A stretch of DNA of 64,000 bases from an uncultured Nitrososphaeraceae archaeon (GTDB lineage: Archaea > Thermoproteota > Nitrososphaeria > Nitrososphaerales > Nitrososphaeraceae), in NCBI GenBank assembly GCA_963779615.1, contig CAVZZA010000001.1, forward strand, positions 128,001 through 192,000. Direction: 5' to 3'. The position numbers and the translations under genes were made by a program. How positions within the stretch are numbered: the first letter of the stretch is position 1; the number at the start of each line of letters is the position of its first letter. A model generated the notes under the pieces. It worked only from the letters and a program-made list of their open reading frames with translations, ran no database searches and was not told the origin of the DNA. Positions 22,004 through 33,521 of the stretch are shown here, piece by piece.

Positions 22004-22698
22004 CTTTTTGTATGGTCATAACGATATAAACAGACATATCACACATCATGAGCAAATTGCCTAAAAAAAAATTAGCCGCCATGTTTGTAGTTTCCATAAA
22101 ACAACACCCCATAAAAAAGACAAATGAATTTGTGGATATACAAAAAGCAGGTTTAAACCAAACACATTTTTTCCCTTGTTATTATGCTATTATAGAACAG
22201 TTTATTGATTAATCACAAATCTTCAACAAATTAGCATGTGATGCTATTAATGATAGAAGGTATTAGAAATAATCCATAATGCTGACAACCCTTGTTATAG
22301 TTCCTTAACAAAGATATGGTATGAATATAAAAAACCTGTTAAAATCAAATTTATGCGCAATAGGAATGATCAGTGCCATACTTCTCATAAGTAGTTTATT
22401 TTTCATACCCTTCACAGAGCACTGGTAAAAAAAGTACAACACAGTATTTTTTCATTTTATTTTATATGCCTTTTATATAGTAATGTTTTCACATAGCGTT
22501 TTTTAATATGATTGTTACCTAATAGCAAATAATAATACTGGATACATATGAGTAAATGTTTATGATATCTTCTACATGCGTCGCTGAGCATCCATAGTTT
22601 TAGCAAAGAATATCCAGTAGCCCCATAACTATACCATGTTGATTCACATTCTTGCAATTTGGGGTTGCATGCCCGAAATAACAAATGGCTGTATTGAC

Positions 22699-22968
22699 AT
22701 GACAAATGCATCAAGCACTTACCTTAGCATTGCCGTGGGTGCTGTTGTTGGTGCTTTGATAAGCTGGTTGGTATTTGCATTACAGAAAAAATCCTCCATC
22801 AAACAGGAAGAAAACCTTCAGCGCCTTAATGAGATGAATGAAAGCCATGATAGGATCTTGAGATTAATACAGCAATTCCAAAAACATCAGGAGCACATCC
22901 TGGATCAAATACTAAGAATGGATAAAAAAATTGACTCTGCAATTGAAAAGAAAAAGGATATCAAATGA
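22699..22968 (+). CDS. hypothetical single-TM coiled-coil protein
   Basis: N-terminal TM (IAVGAVVGALISWLVF) followed by a heptad-like helix. Confidence 0.6.
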   Translation: MTNASSTYLSIAVGAVVGALISWLVFALQKKSSIKQEENLQRLNEMNESHDRILRLIQQFQKHQEHILDQILRMDKKIDSAIEKKKDIK

Positions 22969-23361
22969 TGCATCATACCTACAGGGACAGTCATAAAAAA
23001 AGGTGTTACTGGAAAACACAAAAGGGATATGCTGATGGTGAGGGGAGACAGTGTCGCTTAATGTTTGCCTATCCTGTTGTGCACATTAGTTGTTGATCGG
23101 TGGATTGACAGTATATCGAATCTGTAAACGGCGCCAAGGTGTATGAACGAATGACAGGCAACTTTGACTGCCGTGTGGATATTGTTATTTTGGCACAGAG
23201 ATCCTATGAATCGTTTAACTAAATAGAAAAATTAGTTGGGTTATGATGATAATGCTACAGATGTGCAACCACTATTTGAGTATTGGTTTATATTCTGTAA
23301 ATAACCGGCATTAAACACCGTTTGGTTCCTCTTTATATAGTACAATGGCCATTATATAGGC

Positions 23362-24015
23362 ATGTCAAAGAAAATTGAAAGTTCGGAAAACACCAATACA
23401 AGTAAGGCAGAATATTCCTATAATACCAATAACCAAAACAACAATAACCTCAACAATGATTTCAAAGAATCCGTCAACAGGTCACTTGACGAGGCCAAAG
23501 ACAACATCAGAAAATCATTGGATGAATCAAAAAACCAGATTCCCCGAATCAACAACATTGTGAACAGCTATCAGGAACAATCACTCCAAACAGCCAGAGA
23601 GATTTCAGAGGAATACATTGACTCACAAAAAGAAGTCATCAACTCACTCCAATCAACATGGAGGTCATATAGTGATAGCTTTAATGGACTGGTTAATAAC
23701 TTGACCGCATCTCCAGAATCCATTACTAAAGCGTATGCTAAACTTGTAAGCAATTTTGCAGATAATGCCGTGTCCTACATGAGCCTTTCAAACAACATCA
23801 TATTCTCAAACCTGGACTCATGGAAAACAGCGTTCCAACAGGCAAGGGACAATGCAAAGCATTTATCCAACCTAAGCGTGAATGCAGCAAAAACATTTGA
23901 ACAGACTTCAAAAGAAGTAGGAGCAGCAGTTAAAGACGCTACTGATTCAAACATTAATGCCGCCGCCAATAACAGCACAACAACCTCCAATACAACAGCA
24001 ACAAAAAATCAATAA
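23362..24015 (+). CDS. helical hypothetical protein (phasin-like), paralog of 32722-33342
   Basis: Amphipathic helical N/S/Q-rich sequence; close paralog in this window. Confidence 0.8.
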   Translation: MSKKIESSENTNTSKAEYSYNTNNQNNNNLNNDFKESVNRSLDEAKDNIRKSLDESKNQIPRINNIVNSYQEQSLQTAREISEEYIDSQKEVINSLQSTWRSYSDSFNGLVNNLTASPESITKAYAKLVSNFADNAVSYMSLSNNIIFSNLDSWKTAFQQARDNAKHLSNLSVNAAKTFEQTSKEVGAAVKDATDSNINAAANNSTTTSNTTATKNQ

Positions 24016-24114
24016 ATGACTAGAACCGAACCTCAAAAAGGTTCAGCCAATTGTACATTCCCTTTATATTAGTTTGACAAACTAAAATAGTGTAAAAGGC
24101 GGCGTGTATTTTTA

Positions 24115-24564
24115 GTGATTACCCTAAACAGGTATACGATGCCGGTGCCAAAAGACCTTCTGCTAAGGATAGACAGAACCTCCTCTCCAGTGCATTTTGG
24201 CAGCCTCAGAAATGCAGTTGACCTGATTGCTCCGCAAAACACCCCGGTCCTTGCCGCGGCAGATGGGGTGGTAGCCTTTGTCCATGATAACTCCAATGTT
24301 GGAGGCCCTGATCCATCATACTGGAATTTTACTAACTTTATCACAATTAGGCACCCAAACGGGGAATACTCGCGATACGACCACCTCGAATATGGCAGCG
24401 CAAGGGTAAGGGTGGGCCAACAAGTGAGCGCTGGCCAGGAGATAGCCAGGGTTGGCATGACAGGCTACACGTATGTCCCACACCTGCATTTTCACGTGTT
24501 TGTGTTCACAGGGTACAACATTTGGACAGACTTTGACACCCTAGAGGTCAAATATTTCATTTAA
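24115..24564 (+). CDS. M23-family metallopeptidase
   Basis: H...AVDL, TPVLAAADGVV, YDHL, GYTYVPHLHF. Confidence 0.92.
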   Translation: MITLNRYTMPVPKDLLLRIDRTSSPVHFGSLRNAVDLIAPQNTPVLAAADGVVAFVHDNSNVGGPDPSYWNFTNFITIRHPNGEYSRYDHLEYGSARVRVGQQVSAGQEIARVGMTGYTYVPHLHFHVFVFTGYNIWTDFDTLEVKYFI

Positions 24565-24783
24565 ATCCGTAAAGGCACTGCTGCCCACCTCCCTCTCCAT
24601 CCCCTCCCTGCTTTTGTTGTCTGTTTTGGTCTAAAAATTATTCAAACTTGAGTATTGTGCACTTTTAAAATATAGCACCTACTTTACAAGACCAACATGT
24701 GCACTAAACCCCATTACACATCGATAGTGATCCTTTTCAATCTTATTACCCTTGCTTCCACTTCCTGTCCTTTTTGCAGGTGC

Positions 24784-25656
24784 TTATGCCTTTGTCGCAA
24801 CCGTGATTAAATAGTCAAGTCCAAAGGTGTTTTCATGAAGGTAAGGCACTATCGCTTGCAGGATGTCATTGCGAAGTGACTCAATCTTTTGCGGATCCTT
24901 GATTGTTTGAATTGCATGTATCAATGCACCGCCTTTGGTACTGGATGCTTTCCAGTAGTGATTGGGACTCAGTACCGGTTTTTTTATTACTCCACGCTCA
25001 AAGTGAATGTTTACAATATCGCCGCCAAGGCGCTTTTTTACAACCTCCGGAATTCCCCATTGCATTGGCGAAGGTGGTGGTCTATTGCCATAGGATGAAA
25101 ATGACGATAAGGAGGGGTGAGGAGGAGGTGGGGATAGAGGAGGGACATGTTTTGCCATAGCCTCAAACATCTTTCCGTTGGCGTGCTCTGGTGGCCAAGT
25201 TGCAAACGCTATACGTCCACCCGGTTCCATAACCCGCAGCATTTCCCCTATAGCAACTTTTGGGTGTGGAGCAAACATATGGCCAAAGCTTGAAAGGACA
25301 ACATCAAAAGAGCTGTCTTCAAATGGAAGGTCTTCTGCATCCCCCTCTATCCACGTTATATCGTCTGCCTCAGCCAAGGTTGCTTCAGCCTTTGTTTGGG
25401 TTAACATTTGGGGAGTGAAATCAATACCCGTTACCTTGGAGCCATTTCTTCTGGCTGTTATGGCTGTGTTGCCAGTACCGCAAGCCACGTCAAAGACACG
25501 ATCACCGGATGAGACATTGCACAGTTTTACCAGATGGGCAGAAACAGGAAGAAAAAAAAGAGCGATTTCACTGTAGGAGCCCAAACTCCAAGCATTCTGT
25601 GGTCGAGGCATGGAGGAATCAGAACCGTCATTCATATAGCATAAACCGATCCACAC
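24784..25656 (-). CDS. class I SAM-dependent methyltransferase
   Basis: VFDVACGTG, GDAEDLPFEDSSFDVV, PGGRIA. Confidence 0.92.
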   Translation of the reverse strand: MWIGLCYMNDGSDSSMPRPQNAWSLGSYSEIALFFLPVSAHLVKLCNVSSGDRVFDVACGTGNTAITARRNGSKVTGIDFTPQMLTQTKAEATLAEADDITWIEGDAEDLPFEDSSFDVVLSSFGHMFAPHPKVAIGEMLRVMEPGGRIAFATWPPEHANGKMFEAMAKHVPPLSPPPPHPSLSSFSSYGNRPPPSPMQWGIPEVVKKRLGGDIVNIHFERGVIKKPVLSPNHYWKASSTKGGALIHAIQTIKDPQKIESLRNDILQAIVPYLHENTFGLDYLITVATKA

Positions 25657-25757
25657 TTTCTTTTATTATTTGGCAACCTTACACGCAAATCGGAATTGAT
25701 TGGGTGTTTTTAAGGGCACACGACAAACTTATAATAAAAGCCAGATACACCTCAATA

Positions 25758-26179
25758 ATGTGTCATCACCTGAACATTTAAGAGAAGTTGTGCGAAAATT
25801 GGCAGGCACGTTTAACAATCCACAAAATAGAGAATCAGCCTATTTTGATTTTTACGATGATTCTTTGACAACACATGGTTTTCCGCCTAATCTTCCAGCC
25901 AACAAGGAGGGTTTTAAACAGTTCATTTATCTCCTGTGGAATGCATTTCCCGACATAGGAATCATGTTTGACGATATAATTATCGAAGGAAACAAGGCTG
26001 CAGGAAGGTACAGCCTAACTGGCACACACAAAGGTGAATTTGCGGACCTTAAGCCAACCAACAAACAATTCAGAGTCGATGGCATGACAGTATTTTCTTT
26101 TCGCGGCACAAAATGCGTGGAGCGTTGGAACCTGGTAGACATGAATTCATTGATGGAACAGCTGAGGAGCCAACCCTAA
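25758..26179 (+). CDS. SnoaL-like ester cyclase family protein
   Basis: AFPDI, IEGNKAA, GTHKGEF...PTNK, VERW; start position approximate. Confidence 0.85.
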
Positions 26180-26399
26180 ACACGTATGCCATCCACATCA
26201 GATTGGTAAACTAATATATGGGCAGGGCTCGGTGCCTGAAACTATTTCAATTGCCACACAAGTTGTTTTTGATAGAGCAACACATTTTTTGAAAAAAGAC
26301 ATCTTTCACATGTCCTCGATATCCCAGTCAATAGTCAAAACACTAAAAGTGATGATCCCAGGATTAAATTTGGTAGTTACCCTATTAAATAGAGCAAAC

Positions 26400-26729
26400 T
26401 TACTGTTGTGGAGCCTTGATCTCTTTAAACACTTTAAACTCTATGGGTTTAGCCACTAAACCTTGTAATTTAGATCGCAAATCCACCGATTCATTACTTT
26501 GATAGTGCCTATTATACGATTCTTTACTATCCCAGACCTCATCAAACAACAATTCATTTGGACTGTCAATTGAAGAATTAAAGGTGTATGTAATATTTCC
26601 TTCTCTTTTTCTTGGAGGATCAATGAGAGGAACCAAAAGACTCATTATTTCTTGCTTCTTTCCCTCTTTTGCATCAATTAATACTATTACTCTTATATGT
26701 GAACTTTCGCTATTAGATTGCATTCGCAT
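26400..26729 (-). CDS. ABM-family (putative quinol) monooxygenase
   Basis: AKEGKKQE...EGNITY...FDEVWDSKESYNRH. Confidence 0.85.
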   Translation of the reverse strand: MRMQSNSESSHIRVIVLIDAKEGKKQEIMSLLVPLIDPPRKREGNITYTFNSSIDSPNELLFDEVWDSKESYNRHYQSNESVDLRSKLQGLVAKPIEFKVFKEIKAPQQ

Positions 26730-27315
26730 AATGTTTTTTCAGACAAATAATAAACTTTACTGCAAGTTTCATGTGTGATAGTTAGGAGTTTTTTATTTGG
26801 CTAACTAATAATCACTAATCTTCTTTTTTATCTAGAGACAACAACTTCAGGTCCTTCAAGAACAATTACACTCAGTGTGCCTTACTGAGCATAACCAAAT
26901 ACTACCAACAAAAGTCAGTGGAGTGTGTGCCGGAGGTTAGTTCAAGCCACTGGAACATTGACACCTACTTCTAACCCTACCCCAGTCTGAGCATTACCAG
27001 GAACATTTGGCCAAACAACAAATACAATTTTCGAGGCCAGTCCCAAACTTTTTTAAAATTAAAACAAACAATCACATTAAAACAGTTTTACAAAAACTTG
27101 CCGATAAAAAAACCATAATTTTAGAAAACGCCATCTAAAATATGGATCATTATCCCTAATCAAGCTGTTTTGCATATTCTTTTCTGTCCCGTCATGACAA
27201 GACAGCCAATTGCTTTCTTTTACCGTTTTGTCTTGTTCTAAGCATTTTTGCATCCCTTTAAATTTTGGGCAAATATGGTGTCATGGCAGAACAATTAACG
27301 AATATTGAATATTTC

Positions 27316-28215
27316 CTATATTCCTTTTTGATTTGAATTGTGCAGTTTTTTGGTTAATGCCATCAATTCAGAATCAAGTCCGGAGGAAAATTCTTGAGGA
27401 GCATCTGGTAGGCTAGGTACGTCCACTCCTTTAGGAAATCCTTCAATTACCTCTAGTGTTCCCCCATCGTCAAATGGCGATTCACCTTTAAAGATTTTAT
27501 CAAGCAGGGATGTTTCGCCCTTGTTTGTAAACGTCCACATTTGATTGTGCAAATTCTTCCCCTCTAAATCCCTTACTTCGGGCATTTTTGAGGTATCAAA
27601 TCTAGGAACGGGTAATGATTTACCCCAATCAACGCCCAAGGTTTCCAGTGCCTTTGCAAATACTTTTTCATGAACAAGATCCCTCACAATTAAATAAGAT
27701 ACTGTTGACCTGAATGCTTTGTCGTTGCTCATCTGATATAACCTACACTTTTGTAGCCTACCAGTGCATTCCAACATTAAATTATAAATCATATTTAGGA
27801 CAAGATTTCCACTGTCATAAACATAGGTAGCTGACCACGGGTTTCCTGCCGCATCGACTGGCCTGGCACTCTGACCTGCAACTAAAAAGTGATGTATGTT
27901 GGGGGAATCAAGTGCAACAGATAAAGGCAATTCATCTGGCTCACTCGAATTCTCAGAAGCGCCTTCTAGTAGAATATTAATTGTATTTGTAATTTGTTCA
28001 ACATGGGCCATTTCCTCAGTTGCTATACTCCTGAGCAAATCTTGATAGGGTTTAGCATCACCCCTAAAGTTCATATTTTGAAAGAAGTATTGCATCATTG
28101 TCCTCATTTCACCGAATTGACCTCCAAGGCCTTCCTGTAACGCTTGAGCTGCTTTTGGATTAGGTTTGTCTGCTGGAGGTAGTGGATGCGGGATTCGTTT
28201 AACTGATAAAAACAT
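27316..28215 (-). CDS. manganese catalase
   Basis: LQEGLGGQFGEMRTMMQY, IATEEMAHVE, GNPWSATY, LIVRDLVHEK. Confidence 0.95.
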   Translation of the reverse strand: MFLSVKRIPHPLPPADKPNPKAAQALQEGLGGQFGEMRTMMQYFFQNMNFRGDAKPYQDLLRSIATEEMAHVEQITNTINILLEGASENSSEPDELPLSVALDSPNIHHFLVAGQSARPVDAAGNPWSATYVYDSGNLVLNMIYNLMLECTGRLQKCRLYQMSNDKAFRSTVSYLIVRDLVHEKVFAKALETLGVDWGKSLPVPRFDTSKMPEVRDLEGKNLHNQMWTFTNKGETSLLDKIFKGESPFDDGGTLEVIEGFPKGVDVPSLPDAPQEFSSGLDSELMALTKKLHNSNQKGI

Positions 28216-28231
28216 ATTAAATTGGTTGGTT

Positions 28232-28900
28232 GGCTCTGTTAACTTAAGAGATTATTCCGCTATTGTGGTAATAAGCAAACAGATTCAACCATTGTTTTAC
28301 ATGCTTTAGTTTGCATTTCTTTTTTCGGCATGGAAAGTAGTCATCAAATCCTTCTGTCCTGTCCTTGATGTACTGCATCGCCCTTTCTATCAAGCTTTTC
28401 TCAAAAGGGGAATGCAAATGATGTTTCAGTTTCAGGAACCTGCATGCTTGCGGATACCAAGTTCCCCCATCGGTGGAAACTGGATGTTTTCCATACCTAT
28501 CTACCAGAGACGCAATAAATCTCTCGGCAACTAGCATTGCTCTTTCAACTGACACATCAATCTGAAGAATTTCCCTGTGTTTTGGCTCAATTGCAACCCA
28601 AAGCCATATGCATTGGGAGCCAACCTTAATCTGGGTTTCGTCAACAATGTATCCATTAATCTTTTTTCTCCTGGTTGATAGCCTCTTTGGCTTGTATTTT
28701 TGAATCCATTTCCAGACTGATACATATGGCTCCTTTTCACAAATCGCTTCAACGCCTTTGCGGTGCTTCTACAAGAGAGACCCAGGAAGTAAAGATATAG
28801 GGAATAGGCAACATCTTTCGGTTTGGTTCTCTGCCTTCTGTATGTCAATACTGTTTATGGCATAATCGCGACTATAGCTTTTTCTTAAGTTAACAGAGCC
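28232..28900 (-). mobile_element. IS6-family element (669 bp) with frameshifted DDE transposase
   Basis: 18-bp perfect TIR GGCTCTGTTAACTTAAGA; 8-bp TSD GGTTGGTT (28224-28231 and 28901-28908); VDET, STDGGTWY and IER motifs; frameshift near 28725. Confidence 0.95.
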
Positions 28901-29356
28901 GGTTGGTTGATCAAAGTATTTATTAATGTCCTATTTATAGTAAAAGAAATAAAGTATAACTGGCCTAAATTGCATGACAGTGAATTTACCTTATTTATAG
29001 AACTTATACTAATTACTGGAAACTATCACCAATTTAACCGCAATTAGAAACATCATAAACTTTTTTAAAGATATAACCCATTCCTCTATAATAGAGAAAG
29101 GCAGTTTTCCGGATTTTAGGAAAATGAACGCTACTAGTGTCTGTTCAGCTTAAACAATTCTATGGAAGGATTAAATTACAACTATTTTATGCTTGTTACA
29201 ATATTTGACCAGTAATTTTATATTAACAAATATAAACATAGCATATACATATACTCCAAAGAACTGTAGTTGACTGATTCAACGCCTGCAAAATTGCGTT
29301 GATTTTATTTATACATATGTATAAAGTATGTTCTGTAATAACAAGTAGGAACTTTT

Positions 29357-29716
29357 TTGGAAACATTATTAAAATCTACACTAAAACGCCAAGTGCCCTA
29401 TCTTATCGGAGGCACAATAACGGGTATTGCTATTACATATTATTATGGATTTTTATTTTCTTTGTTGGTAAACAGTGCTGCCTGGTTTGCCATATCAACT
29501 GTTGTTAACAAATACTACTGGAAATACACAGGGTTTAAGGACGAAATGTATCTTTTTTCAAAATATGTCATTCATAGAAAAAATAAAGAATCCACAAGCG
29601 CAAGAATCAGCAAGTTGGACAGTAGAAAAGAAAGGAACAATAACAATATAAACTTGATCTCAAAGAATACAGATGAAGAGAGGTTAAATGATCCTGGAAG
29701 ACAGGTCAAATCCTAG
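29357..29716 (+). CDS. hypothetical membrane protein
   Basis: Two hydrophobic segments; directly upstream of the patatin gene. Confidence 0.55.
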   Translation: METLLKSTLKRQVPYLIGGTITGIAITYYYGFLFSLLVNSAAWFAISTVVNKYYWKYTGFKDEMYLFSKYVIHRKNKESTSARISKLDSRKERNNNNINLISKNTDEERLNDPGRQVKS

Positions 29717-29739
29717 GCAGACAGGTGTTATACAGATAC

Positions 29740-31158
29740 ATGTCAAACCTGCACAAATCACCTGTTCCCAAAGTTCAAAGGGCTCTAGTATTGCAGGGGG
29801 GCGGAGCACTTGGTGCTTACCAGGCTGGCGCTTTCAAGTCACTTTATGAAAACATTTCAAGAAACCAAAATGAAGGTAATGATAATGATGACAATAACAT
29901 TCCCTTTTTTGACATCATTGCAGGGACTTCCATAGGAGCCATAAATGGCGCAATTCTTGTTAGTTCTTTTCTTGAAAACAAGACCTGGAAAGGTTCTGCC
30001 GAAAAACTAGAGTCATTTTGGAAGCATTTGTCAACACCCACCCCACCAAGCATATCAAAAGAGTTAACGCTATGGAAAGCAGCATCCGAATATGGAGTGC
30101 CTACTGCTGCATCAGAAGAAGCAGCCAGAAGATACTATTCAGTAAAAGAATTTACCAGATCCGGTGTTGAAAAGGTATTCAAACCAATAGATCCTCCCAA
30201 ACAAGACACCAGGTTTTTCGATATTCAAAATCAATGGCGTGTTTATGATAATCAACCATTAAGGGAAAGTATAGAAAAATTTGCCAAACTCCCTATCGCA
30301 ACTAGCTTTGAAAAAGGAGAACCAAGGTTCCTTGTAATCAGTGTTGATTCAGCAGAAGGAACAACAGTAACATTTGACAGCTATGAGAGTGAGCAAGGAA
30401 AGAGGGAGTCACAATATGGTGATCCGTTGTCAGAAAAACCTATTATTGTAAAATACAACGAAGGCGTTGGTATCAAACACGTAATGGCAAGTTCAACCCT
30501 ACCTGAAGTCTATGCTTTTGAAGACATTGACGGTAGAAAGTTCTGGGACGGGGGGCTATTGAGCAATACTCCAATCAGGGAACTATTAGAAGCTCACAAA
30601 AAGTTCTGGGAAAAAAGGATAGGCTCTCAAAATCTTGAGAATGCCTTCAGAAGAAACACGAGAAACACAATGGAGGAAATAAATGAATACGGTAATTCCC
30701 AAGATCATGGTCAAAGGATTCCAGATTTAGAGCTGTACATAGTAAACTTATTGAGCCCCAAGAAAACCGATAGCAGTAATAGCGCCCCTGAAGATTTTGA
30801 CGGGGTTAGAGGCAGGCATATTGACATAAAACTTAGTGGGGGATATGATCAAAAAACAGATGAACTGCTAACAGGTTATGTGAATCTAATTGAAAGATTG
30901 ATCAGCGTTGGGGACAATGACGAATTGATAAAAGAGAAAATTAACGGAATACTAGACGAATCCACACCAAGACGATTCAATACGGAAGAGTCCAAGAAAA
31001 ATATCGATATGATCAAGAACACCTTTAAAATAGTTAGGGTAATCCAAATACAACGCAAAGACGATAGTGATTCCATCTCAGGAAAAATGGCCGACTTTAC
31101 GTCTGAAACAATAAACAAATTAATTCAAGACGGATATGAGGACGCCATGAGTAAATAG
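29740..31158 (+). CDS. patatin-like phospholipase
   Basis: LQGGGALGAY, GTSIG nucleophile elbow, WDGG. Confidence 0.93.
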   Translation: MSNLHKSPVPKVQRALVLQGGGALGAYQAGAFKSLYENISRNQNEGNDNDDNNIPFFDIIAGTSIGAINGAILVSSFLENKTWKGSAEKLESFWKHLSTPTPPSISKELTLWKAASEYGVPTAASEEAARRYYSVKEFTRSGVEKVFKPIDPPKQDTRFFDIQNQWRVYDNQPLRESIEKFAKLPIATSFEKGEPRFLVISVDSAEGTTVTFDSYESEQGKRESQYGDPLSEKPIIVKYNEGVGIKHVMASSTLPEVYAFEDIDGRKFWDGGLLSNTPIRELLEAHKKFWEKRIGSQNLENAFRRNTRNTMEEINEYGNSQDHGQRIPDLELYIVNLLSPKKTDSSNSAPEDFDGVRGRHIDIKLSGGYDQKTDELLTGYVNLIERLISVGDNDELIKEKINGILDESTPRRFNTEESKKNIDMIKNTFKIVRVIQIQRKDDSDSISGKMADFTSETINKLIQDGYEDAMSK

Positions 31159-31500
31159 AATATTTATACTGATTGATAACGGTTAAAAACGTATGTTGAG
31201 AAAGTAGCCACTCACTATCTTTAGGATAAGTGAAACACTATGCGAGCCTTAAACAGGATGGAAGGAGGCAATACAGAAACCATCACCTTTGAAACAGTGA
31301 AAGGAAAATGAAAGCCAAAACATGCAAAGAATTGGTTGAACCATGTATGGCATATCATCATAACAAGAAACCATCTCTCAAGTTAACAGCTTGTGATAGT
31401 CTTTGAATTTTTAGATGGAGGGGAGGGATTTGTATGTGAATATTGGGTAAAATTTCACAAGCAGGATTCAAAAAACGGGGCAAAAACAATCAATTCAAGT

Positions 31501-31725
31501 CTATTGTATGTCCCTAATTGTTGATTTTTTGCTAAATTTTCTTGCTTTTCCCAATATATCATGATAAGCAGCTACTTGCTGAAAAACCATGCAAATTATG
31601 AAAATCATTGCAAACATCAAAGCCAGTAAAAAGGACAAATACCCCAAAAAATTCATGAATGTTGCAAACATTAATGACAATAACAAGGACAAATACTTTA
31701 AAAAATTCATAAAATTTATTTGCAC
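31501..31725 (-). CDS. small membrane protein with internal tandem duplication
   Basis: MNFLKYLSLLLSLMFA / MNFLGYLSFLLALMFA repeat (54-bp unit). Confidence 0.45.
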   Translation of the reverse strand: MQINFMNFLKYLSLLLSLMFATFMNFLGYLSFLLALMFAMIFIICMVFQQVAAYHDILGKARKFSKKSTIRDIQ

Positions 31726-32079
31726 CCCTTTCTTATATTCTTAATTGTTTTTTTGTAAAAACATGGACGTATTTTTTAATATGCTAAAAATTCAATTAGT
31801 TTGTAATAAAAAAGATGCAATAAAATCAATTTTTTCTGCAATCAAAATAATCCTCTCTGAGCGTCGATGCTCTGTTCGACTTAAAACAGTAGAAGAAAAA
31901 GCAGATTATATATCAAACTTGAAAAATGAAGCAACCGCTTCGCCATTGTTAAATTATTTTCAATTGCTGCACATGTTGCTTTATTTCGTTGTTTTTGGCA
32001 AACAAGCTACTTTTGGACATACTCAACAACAGCCTTTAATACATCTTTAAAAGCCAGCACAAAATAACCAGGTATGTAA

Positions 32080-32451
32080 ATGCAAAAGAGAAATCCGTGC
32101 ATACCAATTTCTTTGATGATGATAATATTAGGCTCCTTGACATATTCTATATCTATTATTCTTGTCCCAGATAAGGCCATGGCACAAACAACAACATCGT
32201 TACCCGATGACGAATGTCTGTTGGAACCTAGCCTGCCACAATGCGCACCTGGTGAGGATGGAAAATGCCCTTCAGGATTCAACATGAATGGCGATGGGAA
32301 TTGTTTTCCGAACAAGCCATGCCCTCCAGGATATGAAAAACGTGACTACGATGAAACAGGCAAATGTTGGAAAGTAGAGTCAGCAGCAGCAGCAGCAAAT
32401 TCATCAACACCTCCACCATCAACGACAACAACAGTGCCAACCATACAATAA
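32080..32451 (+). CDS. secreted Cys-rich protein
   Basis: Signal peptide ending AMA; six Cys in CPSGF/CPPGY-type motifs; S/T/P-rich tail. Confidence 0.75.
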   Translation: MQKRNPCIPISLMMIILGSLTYSISIILVPDKAMAQTTTSLPDDECLLEPSLPQCAPGEDGKCPSGFNMNGDGNCFPNKPCPPGYEKRDYDETGKCWKVESAAAAANSSTPPPSTTTTVPTIQ

Positions 32452-32721
32452 CACACCTCAAGCAACTACATCATTTTGTAAAACAAGAGGCACTGTTCAC
32501 CAGCAATAAATCCGTTAAAGCAGCATATTCATTTTTTTATACCATAATAATGATAAGGCACAATGAAGGATGATGCGCCAGTGATGGGAAAAATAGTGGG
32601 ATAAAAAATCCGTGGCAAGTTAAACATGGATTAAAATTTTTTAAAAAATGGTTAGGAAGGATAACAGGTGATTGCCTGTTTTTCCTTGTCCTGAAAATAA
32701 AGAGGGGGTTGGTTTATTTTA

Positions 32722-33342
32722 CTATTGTTTTGTTGAGTTTGAGCTTGTAGAATAGGTGTTTGATGCATTAACGTTTGAGTTGTTTCTGTTAGCATCCCGT
32801 ACTGCTGCTGTAAGCTCTTTGGAGTTTTGCTCAAATGTTTTTGCCGTGTTAACGCTCAGGTTGGACAGGTGTTTTGAGTTGTCCTTTGCCTGTTGAAACA
32901 CTGTTTTCCATGAGTCCAGGTTTGAGAATATGATGTTGTTTGTGAGTCTGATTGCGGATACGGTGTTGTCTGCTACATTGCTGACAAACCTTGCGTATGC
33001 TTTGGTTGCTGCGTCAGGGGATGAGAACCTTGTTACTAACCCGTTAAAGCTTTCGCTGTATGGGGCCCATGCTGATTGGAGTGAGCTGATGATCTCTTTT
33101 TGTGAGTCGATGTACTCCTCTGAAACCTCTTTTGCGGTTTGGAGTGATTGTTCCTGATAGCTGTTCACAATGTTGTTGATTCGGGGAATCTGGTTTTTTG
33201 ATTCATCCAATGATTTTCTGATGTTGTCTTTGGCCTCGTCAAGTGACCTGTTGACAGATTCTTTGAAACCTTGTGCATTGTTGTTGAAGTTGTTAGTGTT
33301 AGTGTATGAATAACTTTCTTGACTTTCGTTTTTCTTTGACAT
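32722..33342 (-). CDS. helical hypothetical protein (phasin-like), paralog of 23362-24015
   Basis: FKESVNRSLDEAKDNIRKSLDESKNQIPRINNIVNSYQEQSLQTA is identical to the paralog. Confidence 0.8.
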   Translation of the reverse strand: MSKKNESQESYSYTNTNNFNNNAQGFKESVNRSLDEAKDNIRKSLDESKNQIPRINNIVNSYQEQSLQTAKEVSEEYIDSQKEIISSLQSAWAPYSESFNGLVTRFSSPDAATKAYARFVSNVADNTVSAIRLTNNIIFSNLDSWKTVFQQAKDNSKHLSNLSVNTAKTFEQNSKELTAAVRDANRNNSNVNASNTYSTSSNSTKQ

Positions 33343-33521
33343 TACTCTATGTTATACACCATGCTATTTAAACACTGGTATCAAACGGTGTTTAATGCCG
33401 TTTGTATCCATCCAAGTTCCTTGTTTTTTGATATAAACCCATCGATTTTTTGATATAAAAAAGGTTGGGGAAGTAAAAGTGAAAAAATTCCTGTTCAGTT
33501 TTTGCGTATAAATGCATATGC

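Noticed and set aside
26830-27020. Possible remnant of another collagen-head gene (GPSRTITL...)
   Set aside because: Similarity is too short and broken to support
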